From Octopus sinensis (Eukaryota): a stretch of 64,000 bases of DNA. Each line of letters opens with the position of its first letter. Position 1 is the stretch's first letter. Under the pieces are notes generated by a model, which made no database searches, was not told the DNA's origin, and saw nothing but the letters and a program-made list of their open reading frames with translations. The position numbers were made by a program, and so were the translations under genes. Shown here in pieces: positions 53,358 through 64,000 of the stretch. The stretch covers positions 91,078,001 to 91,142,000 of the forward strand of contig NC_043001.1 of NCBI RefSeq assembly GCF_006345805.1. Reading direction: 5' to 3'.

Positions 53358-54377
53358 ATAAACTTCGCATATTATTAGCATGGAAATTAATATGCAAAAA
53401 TATTTTTTTTTAAATTGTAAATTAATAAGTTTAGATACTAGTATTTACAGTTTTATTAATGAGAGTATCAGAATTACTTTCAACCTGTTATTTTTAATTT
53501 CTAAAATTTATTTATTTGCTTATTTATTGTTCTTGGCAGTGTTTCTGTAGGTAATATCTGCTGAAAGCATTCATGCATGCACTGACACCCACAAACATAC
53601 ATACTGCTTGATTAAAAAAAAAATTAAATAATTAAACTTAAAATATATTGAATATTAGTAGATATGAATTGAAGTGCAATTCATTTGATAGAAAAACAGG
53701 TTAAAAAAACCAAAAAAAAAAAACAATTGAAAAAATGTGTGTTAGGTCTGAGCTGTTTGATAGGATTACTTTTACAGTGAGTTTGATTAGAAATCGATGT
53801 AATTACAAACTACAATTTATTGAGATTCTTAATCTTTAATTTGGTAGTATCAAAATTAAGATTCTCTGCTAAATGCTATTTGGCTGTCATATTGCATTTG
53901 TCCATTAGCTAAAGAAAATAATTAGAATATTTTAAAAATAGGTGACTAAAATTTTAGGTTGTTGAATATCCTGTTGAACATCAATCAGGTAACTTTGTAT
54001 GCAAAATTTCTAAGCAAACTGCTCTGTTATTCCTGATATTTTTTTTAATGCACATTTATGTTTGCATATATGTATATACAATGCTACCTTGTCATATATT
54101 ACCTTTTTTAATAAAAAGCTACTTATAAGTATAAAAAAAAAAAATTCCGTAGACTTTAGGTCAATGTTTTACATAAGAAATAGTGTTTGTAACTGTTAGT
54201 AATGGTTATTAGATGTTGAGGGTTGATGATTGTTTAAAGCAGGTTTCTAATCAGTGATTCACAAAGAGATTGTTGTCATTCATATTGATGAACTGGTTGG
54301 AAAACAACCAATCTAGCTGGGAAAATGTACAAAGTTATTCATGTCATTGTAGCTTATACGTAATGTAAGCTGATGTG

Positions 54378-54421
<44 letters not shown>

Positions 54422-54423
<2 letters not shown>

Positions 54424-54976
54424 TGTGTTATAGAAGGCTGTAGCAATGCAGATCGAACATTAAATATCAATAACACCATCAACAAAGATATTGTAATTTT
54501 ATCTTAGAAATACTTGTTTGGTTCTGATATTTTGAGTAAAATACCCCTTTATGTAATCATTTAGAGAACAAGAGAAAGAGATAAATTACAAGTCCATTAG
54601 GTTGTCATGACAATTCATCAGCATGCCAACCTAATGGACGTCTAATTTTTTTTCTTCCTTTTGTTCACTGTTTGATTGATAGATGGCTCTCACTTGGCTT
54701 GGAGGTTTGACCATAGTGGCTCAGCAAGCTAAGGTGGTTGTAGTGACCAGCAAATTGTAGGTTTTACATAAGTGACATTATAGGTAAATTGCCTTACAGG
54801 CCTGTAGAACTCTTACCAATCTAGGTTTTTGTTCACTGAATGCTTTTGTAAAGGGGTATTTTACTCAAAATATCAGGACCAAGTAAATATTTCTAATGCA
54901 ACATTTCAATATCTTTGCAATTATGATTACTGATATTTAACATTCACTCTGCGTTGCTATATCTTTCTGTAACACT
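54422..54976. repeat. Nested inverted repeat next to (TA)n
   Basis: Outer arms share tgatattttgagtaaaataccccttta/taaaggggtattttactcaaaatatca; inner hairpin gtccattaggttg...caacctaatggac. Confidence 0.6.
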
Positions 54977-56780
54977 TTGACTTTCTACATGTTCTGTAAT
55001 GCTTCAAGCAAATTACAGCACCCTACCTCCCCTCTTTCTCTCTCGCTCTCCCTCTCTCTACACACATATATATATATGTGTTTGTGTGTGGAGAGAGAGA
55101 GAGAGAGGGGTATAGATATTTAAATCACAATGTGTATTAGAAAATCTTAGTTAAATTTAATCTTGTTTGCCTGCAGTTTATAACAGCCATGGTATAGAAA
55201 GTAATCAAATGTAAATACTTCTTATTGTCTTTGCACACAAAAAGTAAAGATGATCCTGATAAGTTTCAAGAAGGCTGGTTAGCCATTCTTTAGAGGATAA
55301 GTGCATTTCATCCTTCTTCTACTTATGAAGAGAATTTGATAACAGTCACTATTTAAATCAAGTATAAATCAGGACAAGGCTGAAATAGCTGACTAATTTG
55401 TGGTGTTATTAAAAAATTATTATTTTATGCATAGTTAATATGTATCAGAAAATCTAAGATGAATTTAGTCCACAGTAATTAACCTATAGTTTATAATGCT
55501 CTTCTGCTAGAGAGAGCGAGCAACTGTTAATACATTTTGTTCTCTCTGCACTCAGAAAATAAATGAGTTTTATCCTGATATATTTTAAGGGTGGTTGGCC
55601 CATCTTTATAGGTAGAAATGTAAGGAGTATTTTTCCTCTAATTAGAGGATATGTATGGAAATCTATGAGAAATGAAGGGACAAATAAGGCATTGATTTTG
55701 GCAACACATGGAAGTGCTGGGCTGGGTAGGATTAGTTGGGGGAGTGGATAGTGTTACTTTCTAGGAGGCTGTGTAGACTTTTAATCCCTTTTGAAGGATA
55801 GAAATGAAGACTCAGGGAAAGATAGGAGTGGTTGTGGGTGTTTGATAGCAGAAAGTGCAATTTGCAAAGGATGCTGTACTGAAGCTGTTAAGTTGCATGG
55901 TGAAGTGTGAGGGATAAGGGGATCCAAACATTGGTTGGGTAAATGTGTGGTGAAGGTGTGGAAATATGTGTGATGGATTGGGCTTGACGGAGGATAGAAT
56001 CTATGACATTTCAAAGGGTACTCTTGTAAGATGAAAAAAAAATGGTTCATTTGCTTCAACTTTGAGACACATTCAAGGTTTTTGCCATGGTGACAAAGGT
56101 AGAGGGAAATGTGATTAATATTTTATTTTCAATAGTCTGAAGAGATCAGTTTTGACGTTTATACTGTTGAGATGTATGAAGTAAACATGATATACTAATT
56201 TGTGTTAAATAGACTACTGCTTTCCTGTTAAAAGAAATCTGTAAGGAATCATTGGTAGTGGTTTGACATGTGCACTACTGTAAAGCTGTGACTTAGCTAT
56301 TGGCTGCAATATGGTTGATGACCTTGTTTTTCTTTGATTTGCTTGTCAGTATGTTTAATTTCCCATGGAATTTATCACAAACTTTATCATATTCATTTCC
56401 TATACTCTATACTTAGATTAGTAAGAAATAAAAGATTTTTTTGTCACTTCCCTGTCAACAACAAACAATGTGTAACATATGTATTTGTGTGTTTTTCTTG
56501 GTCTTCTAGAGTTTGCTTGTTTGTTGAAAAAGAGAATTACGGCAATGTATGTCAGATACCTTCAGTGAGTAGTTCAGTTTATAGCAAGTTAATATATACT
56601 TTATAGTGGTTTCCTGCAAGACAGGTATAGTGTGTTGAGCATTCATATATGTTCACATATGTTGGACAAGGCTTACAGTTGATATCAAATCAGATGTGAT
56701 TGAAGTTGGTAACAGCAACATTTCTCATGCGTCTCAAAACATGAAAGTTGTTTGGTGTTATATTTGAGAAGTTATTAAAT

Positions 56781-56985
56781 TGTGGAGGCACGTGGCTTAG
56801 TGGTTAGGGTGTCAGCATCATGATTGTAAGATTGTGGTTTCGATTCACATTACTCCAGTCCGCTCAGCTGACAAAAATGAGTAACACTGCGATGGACTGG
56901 CGTCCCGTCCAGCTGGGGAACACATACACCATTGAAACCGGGAAACCAAGCCCATGAGCCTGGCTAGGCTTTAAAAGGGCGAAAG
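56781..56985 (+). mobile_element. tRNA-derived SINE (internally deleted)
   Basis: Same family as 5665. Confidence 0.75.
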
Positions 56986-57185
56986 AAAAAATAATTCATT
57001 AAATTAATCAAAATAACTATATTATTCTTTTTGGTATACTGCTATTAATTTCATCTTTCTTGTTTAGGTTACTTAATCTGTTTATCTGATGCCATTATGG
57101 AAATTTATTTGTGGGATCATGATTACAATGATGATGATAATTTAGAATTTAGTATTTATTTGTTTTGTTTTTTTAAATGTCTTAG

Positions 57186-57413
57186 TCAGTAGAGTGAGGG
57201 GTGCACCCATGAATCTTTCCATGCCCTCCATGACTGCTAAGAAGAAGTTATTCTCAATCTGAAGGCCTGGTCCAAGTGCTTGCAACAGAGTAGACTCTTT
57301 TAAAGAATTTCAAGATCCAGGTAATAGTTTAGCCGTGCAATATATTCATCAGTCCACTAACAATGTGAATTTAGTATTAGACCACCCACTAAAATATTTT
57401 AATTATCATGCAG
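57186..57413 (+). other. Possible 5'UTR/start-codon exon of the unidentified gene
   Basis: T-rich tract plus tcttAG, non-repetitive sequence, ending in atcATGCAG|GTAAAT. No recognisable protein. Confidence 0.25.
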
Positions 57414-58084
57414 GTAAATACATAATATTTTCCTCTTTAATCATTTCTTATCTGTCAAACAATCAGATTCCTAAATCTTAATGTTAAAAATAAAAATAAA
57501 AGTTTCACATAGTGGAAGTTAACCTTTGTCTTATTTATTGTTCTGAATATGTCTTATTGTTACCTATCTAATGATTACATATTCATACTAAAAATTGCGT
57601 CAGTCAATTGTTTCACTGATGACATCTGCTAAAATTCCCAAACAGCAGACTACTGAAATAGTAACCTTAACTTTCGTGGATTGTGCAGTAGCTAATTTCT
57701 TTAGTGCAAATCGTTGAAACTGTATTTATTCATGCATAGTTGACCTGTATGTAGCCGAAGTTGGCAGTCATTAACTACCATTAAATTCCTGTACACCCTA
57801 ACTGTTTTATAGAATGAAGTAGATATGAAAAGTTCAGTATTACTCAAGTAACATTCTTTTGTAAACAACTATTAAACTGAAAATTAATGATAATTGAACT
57901 GGTATATACCTGAGTAAAAGCCAGTTGTATTAATTATTGTATGTCTACATGTAACAACCTTTCTTAAAAATAGTTTTGAATCTGTTCTATATGTATAATG
58001 GTACAAACATGGCTGTATGGTTAAGAAGTTTGTTTCCAAACTACATGGTTAAGATTTCGTAGATAGAAACTGAGAGAAGCCTAC

Positions 58085-58123
<39 letters not shown>

Positions 58124-58140
58124 TATATATATATATATAT

Positions 58141-58431
58141 ACGAGCAACCCCCCCCCCCCGTCCAATGCCGAGTTGACAAAGATTTAAACACCTGCAAAA
58201 GAAGAAATATAGACTTTTTCTCGCATACACGTATTATCAATTGCAACAGCTGATGTACTTGTGCATACAAATGCATGTTCCTATGGCTTTATCGATCACA
58301 TTCTCACCTGGAATCGATTTTTGTAATTTTTTCAAGACTTATACTGTCGGTATCTACATATCAAATTTGACCGCAATTGGATGGAGGATGCCTGAGATCC
58401 TAGAAGGCACACAGACAGACAGAACGGATTT

Positions 58432-58436
<5 letters not shown>
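58141..58436 (+). mobile_element. Helitron/Helentron-associated (DINE-like) non-autonomous element
   Basis: Inserted in (TA)n and ends in cacagacagacagaacggattttatata, a (GACA)n plus T-rich terminus. Confidence 0.4.
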
Positions 58437-58465
<29 letters not shown>

Positions 58466-60869
58466 TCTCCACCCTCAGTTGCTCCTGCTTAAACCATCAA
58501 TTCTCTGTACCCGTACTATTCCTTCAGATTTACTATTACCCACCTACAAGGCATTCACAAAAGAATAGAGAGAGAGACATCTGAAGACTATGGAAATATT
58601 TACCTATTTAAAGACTATGGAAATATCTACAAAACATTTCACTTAATAATTTTTTTTTTTTCCAGTTTAATTGTTTTTCTTAGTTGAAAAAATTTTAAAG
58701 ACAGAAATTGGTACTAAAATGTACTTCATGATAAAATTATTTTAGCATTTTCTACCTTGTCTTATTTTCCTTATCTGTCTGCCAAGAGAGGGAGAGAGTT
58801 TCAAAAATTAAACAGAAGCACAACAAAAGGAACAAACAGAAAATTCACACACATGGCTTGGTTATGCTCATTCCTCATCAGTTATTGTCTAAAGAATCAT
58901 TACAATTTCATGCCATGTGTGTACACTTGTGTCTCTTTGTATTGGCAGATGCTATAGTTGTGAAGTCACCATCATATAAATGGTATCATTCACTTCTGGT
59001 GTTCCATGAAAACATGCCTAGCCAAGGGAAAAAGATTACTTTACTAGGAAATAGATGAGGGTTGGCAACAGGAAGGGCATCCAACCAAAGAAAATTGACT
59101 ATGGAAGTAGGGAAAAGTGGACATTAAACCAATGGTGATAATATGCATGCATTCATGCATGTAGGCATGTATGTCGATTTGGGATACACAGTTGTGGTTT
59201 TGAGGCCAAACTTTTCCTGTGTTGGTGTGTTGTCCTTTTTGTAGCAATAAATTTTCAAATATTTAATATGTTTACAGTAAAGTTATCCTTCCCTACTACT
59301 CCAAACCTTGGAATGAAATAAATGGGTGTGGCTGTTTGGGTATTGACATTTTGGTTTGGCTGAATGCACATTCACACCTGTTTTAGTAATGAAGACAAGC
59401 ACATACACACATACATGCAGGTATGCAAAAATATATACTTATAGATAGATAGTGAGAAAGAGGAAGGAAGCGAGTATGAAAGTGACATATACATACAAAG
59501 AGAACTTGGTGTTCACACACATATGCAGAGAAAGAGTAGGAGGGAATGAGAGTAACATTAAAATGTCTGATGTCAAGTAAGTCAGCATCGAATCAGAGAT
59601 GCCAACCAGACTGCATCAAAATGGCTTTCCCAAAACCTCTCATACCCACCTTGATGTTACAGCAACATCTAATCATTGTAAACTTTATGAAAATTCTACT
59701 CGTAGTAATGATCAGATTTAGGAACTGAAGCAGTAAGTATAAATAACAATACCATTTTTCTCGTGTGTGTGTGTGTGTGTGTGTGTGTACACACATATGT
59801 GCATGGTCTCAATGGTGTGTACATTTTATAATGTTTATGCAAAATTTATATATATTGTACATTTTTTATGAATATAACGTATGACACTAATAGCTGGAAA
59901 TAAGTGTGAAGTTACTTTTCTGAATAGCCAGTTCTACATTTTTTTTAATAGACTTAATGGATTTGGTGCAAGTTGTGGAGGATTAAATCTGTTAATGTAC
60001 CCAACTAGAAGTTTTTCAGTATAATGCTACACACAGATTTCAAGGAATTTGGACCTGTTTTAGAAATTGATTTTGGTTGTTGTTGTTATCATTATTATTG
60101 TGGTTATATTTATGATTATTATTATGCATTAAATTTGCTTGTGTTAGGTTCTTAATAATAAATTACTTGTCATTGACACCAAGAAGCTTCTGGAATGATT
60201 AATGGTTGGACAGATTTTGTAACAGTAATGTTATCTTAATATTGAAGAATTATCTAGCTGGTGTTGTGTTTCTGAAAGCTTCTGTTGAAGTATCTATTTA
60301 AAATTTCACTTCTCTTCTTTTTCTTCGACAGGTCCTTGTTTCCCATTGTACTCTTTTTGTGATAAATATTTTAAAAATATCATAAGGTTGTCATTCAAAT
60401 CCATAACTTTCTGTCATTCTTGGGGGGAAAAAAAGAAGATATTGAGGATTTATATGTAAAAATAAATCTAGAAAAGCTTTTTATTTATTTTGACAAACTT
60501 TACTCAAATGTGCATAACCCCTTTGTTATATTTCTACTGAAATACACTGTTTCAATTAATTTTGAAAATATAGAGGAATTTAGTATAATAGCTTTATCAT
60601 AATGAAGCTGGTGTTTGAAACATAAATTAGGGTGAAATGTTGATGGAAAGTTTTTAGATCTCTTTAAGACAGGAAGTTTGCATCAAAGAATGAAGGGCAG
60701 TCTCAGGTGTGTTGGAACCAAAATGGTCAAATTTCACTCAAGATTTTGTTCTCAGTCTTGTTCCTTTTTAACTGTCATCTAACAGTCTTCTACTCTCTTT
60801 ACCTTGTCACATAATGGCTGCTTGCTGCCATTGCCTGTGTATTTGTTTCATGGCTTCAGTTTGTGTTTT

Positions 60870-61182
60870 ATTTCTTGGCTCCCATTTTCCTGTGTTTGTG
60901 TATTTCTGGGCTCCCATTTGTCTGTGTGTCTGCCTCTGTGCTATCATTTGCCTATGTGTGTGTCTCCTGGATCCCATTGTTTGTATGTGTGTGTGTGTCT
61001 TCTGGTTCTTGTTTACCGCTGTGTTTGTGTCCCTCTCTCTTTCGTTCTCTCTCACTCTCATGGCTCTCATTTGCCTCTGCATATGTGTTTCTTTCTTGGC
61101 TCTCATTTGCCTGTGTGTGTGTGTGTGTGTCCAGGCTCTTGTTTGCTTCTGTGTGTCTGTCTCTTGGCTCTCATTTGGCTGT
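60870..61182. repeat. Degenerate minisatellite (ggctcccatttg..tgtgtgtgt units)
   Basis: About 8 recurring units of 25-45 bp. Confidence 0.65.
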
Positions 61183-61353
61183 ATGAATATATATCTTTTT
61201 GAATTTCTTTCACTTCACTGATTGTCTATTATGTTTTTTTAAAATTCATGTTACTTTGATTGTGGCTTCCATTAACCTTTGTATTTTTTGATTTTAGTTC
61301 TTAAGTTTCTTTTTTTGTCGGCTTTTTTCTAAATGAAATGAAATGATACATTA

Positions 61354-61589
61354 CAGTAATCCCTTGCCATATCGCAGTTCACCTATTGTGCACTCAGTAC
61401 ATCACGGTCCACCTATTGCGCACTCAGTACATTGTGGATTTTTCTGGTTAATGTATGTAAATTTATATCGTGGGCTCCTCAGTATATCATGGGTTTCTGC
61501 GGCCAATAGGTATTTATATTTTTTTATATTTTAATTATTTCTGTGGGAGGTTTTGGAACATAACACCCATGATAGTCGAGGGATTACTG
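61354..61589. mobile_element. pogo/Tigger-type MITE
   Basis: TIRs CAGTAATCCCT / AGGGATTACTG flanked by TA on both sides. Confidence 0.85.
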
Positions 61590-63124
61590 TACTTGACAAT
61601 ATTTACATCTCACACAATCTCTTCTTGATAAGAAACAAATTAATATCCTCATAGGTTTCAATTATCTGATGTTTTAAGCTGCAAGAGGCTTAAAACCTAC
61701 ATCTTAGCTTAGTTGTAGCCATTACTTTTAGTGTCTGTGTTGATGAAACCGAGAAAGAATTTTGAGATGAAACTTGATAAGTAATGAATGGGGAAATATG
61801 AATGCAATAATTTTTATTGATGAAGCTTCTGCCAGCTGCAGATTTTGAAGTTTTCTTATATCATGCTCTGCTAAATGTTTTAAGCAACTATGTATTTGGG
61901 AAATATGAGATTCTGCTGAGACAGGTAGATGTATGGACTAAAGTTGGTAGAGAAATGAATGATTAGATTACAGCTTGTTGGGTTCTTTTTAGTCAACAAT
62001 AACAACTACAATAATAATCTTTTCTACTAAAGGCACAAGGCCTGAAATTTTTTGGGAGGGAACTAGTTGGTTGCATTGACCCTAATGTTTCACTGGTATG
62101 TAACTTATCGACCCTGAAAGGATGAAAGGCAAAGTTGACCTCAGGGGAATTTGAACTCAGAATGAAGCGGCAGCCGAAATACTGCTAACGATTTTGCCAG
62201 TTTGCCACCTTACAACAATAATAATAATAACACTAATTATATGATAATAATAATAATAATAATAATAATATCCTTGATGAAAATAATTATTTCCTTTCTT
62301 GGTGAAAAGTCAGAAATCTTTTAGAGGAAGAGCGCAGTTGGGTAAATAATCACTACTTCATGACTGAAACTTATTTTATTAACCTGGAAAGATTAAAGGT
62401 AAATTTGGCTCTCCCAGGATTTGAATGCAGGAGAACAAAATAAATGAATATTATGTTCTCTATCCTTTCTGCTTCTCAATATATTACGATAATGATTACC
62501 TTTGATAGCACAAAATCCAACATTTTTTTTTTGTAGAAAAGGAGTAAACCCAAGTGTATTATCATAACTTGTTTATTGCCTCTAGAGCAGTGATTCTCAT
62601 TGGGAGAGACCTGATGGGTGGGGGCTGTGATGATTGAAAATCTTTTGATAAAAATATTAGTTTTAAATTTGTCCAACACTATGGCATAGGAAGAGTCATA
62701 TGGATGCAAACTATATGATGCTTTTTCATCAATAAAAGAGAATAGTTGAAATTTCTATAATTTTGTTTCTTTTGGGAAGTTGGTGTGTTTTTGATATTTG
62801 TCAGTTTGAGAATCCTTGTGCTAAAGAGATCAGTGGTAAAAATGATGATAATAATTTTAAAATGAAGACCAAAATTGTGTTTTTTCAGAGGTGGTGGGGA
62901 AGCTTTTACTTACTATTGTTAAAGTTTGAATCAAGTGGTAAAATGTATTAGAGTAGGGACGAAGTATTATGGTTTAATTCTACAACTGGTTTTTAATTTG
63001 AATTGTAAATAAAAAGAAAAAGAAGTGGAAAACATTCTCTCTATGGTCAGATTTTAAACATAGTTTCTTGTCTAGGTTAGTTTAACAGTGATTAGATACT
63101 TGCATTTTAATTTGCCAGAATGTA

Positions 63125-63720
63125 TTAGAATGAATGTGTATATCACTGTTTTGACTTTTGCTGTCCTCTGTTTATGATGAATTATTACTATTAGAAGCAC
63201 TGCTGGTGCTATCTTTCTGGTGAGGCAACTGCAGGAGAAGTATTTAGTCAATAATAAACCTCTGTATTTAGCTTTTGTTTCGTGGAGAAAGCCTTTGACA
63301 AGGTCCCCCACTCCTGTATCTGGTAGGCAATGCATAAGCTAAAGAGAGACGAGTGGTTAGTGAGAACTGTAAAAGTCACATACAGGAATGCTATCAGGAA
63401 CATGAAAGTCAGTAATGAGTATAGCAAGGAATTTAGCATACAGGTAAGAGTTCACCAAAGATCTGTCTACAGCCCTGTCATGTTTATCATAGTCCTTCAG
63501 GCCATAACAGAAGAATTTAAGACTGGCTACCTTTGGGAACTTCTCTATACTGATGACCTTACTGAATCACTACCTGAACTAGAGAAGAAATTTCAGATGT
63601 GGAAGTAAGGTCTTGAATCAAAGGGCTATAAAGTTAATTTACAAAAGAGTAAAGTCCTAGTAAGTAGAAAAACAAATTACTGATCCCTTCAGGGAGATGG
63701 CTCTGCTTGATACATAGAAA
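63125..63720 (+). mobile_element. Decayed RTE-clade LINE reverse transcriptase fragment
   Basis: AIFLVRQLQEKYL...LYLAFV..EKAFD.VP and VRVHQRSVYSPVMFIIVL...WELLYTDDL, with stops and frameshifts. Confidence 0.85.
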
Positions 63721-64000
63721 AGATGCCTTGTTAAAAACACCTAGTACACTCTGTACCACATAAATCACCCAGTATACTTTGTAAAGTAGTTGGCATAAGG
63801 AAGGGCATTTAGCTGTAGAGTCCATGCCAAAACAGACAAGTGGAGCCCAGGTAGCTTTCCCACTGGCCAGCTCTTGTCAAACTATCCAACCAGCATGAAG
63901 AATAAAGATTAAATTATGATGATGATATGTGTTAATTCTAAATATAAATACAGTAAGTTCTGACTACTCAACATTATTTTTATAGATTGCTCTGTTTAAA

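Noticed and set aside
57209-57403. Selenoprotein or antizyme-type recoding at the in-frame TGA (57260-57262)
   Set aside because: No UCC-UGA frameshift site, no Cys/Sec redox motif, no SECIS seen and no recognisable homology; a uORF or chance is simpler.

Overview
AT-rich, intron-containing animal genomic DNA, dense in (TA)n/(CA)n microsatellites, tRNA-derived SINEs and RTE-type (GAT)n-tailed SINEs. The repeat landscape suggests a coleoid cephalopod such as Octopus (inference). Three spliced housekeeping genes can be rebuilt by hand: the last two coding exons of EI24 (+, 1461-3268), a complete 3-exon EMC7 (+, 13314-19892, 237 aa) and a complete 3-exon small-Tim chaperone most like TIMM10B/Tim9b (-, 32856-27557, 102 aa). 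A probable promoter and non-coding first exon of a fourth gene lies near 39.2 kb. The remainder is decayed CR1-, R4/Dong- and RTE-like LINEs, mariner/maT elements and hAT/pogo MITEs. The most striking non-genic signal is a set of short, microsatellite-flanked, mostly fold-back elements carrying type I hammerhead ribozyme (HHR) motifs, most with palindromic stem III (Penelope-like/retrozyme style). One copy at 25277-25364 (-) has a fully canonical core, and inverted pairs occur at 25.4-26.1 kb and 49.0-49.4 kb. Two local rearrangements suggest a circular-intermediate duplication and a SINE insertion that captured neighbouring DNA. All calls are by eye; repeat boundaries are approximate and no database search or folding program was run.
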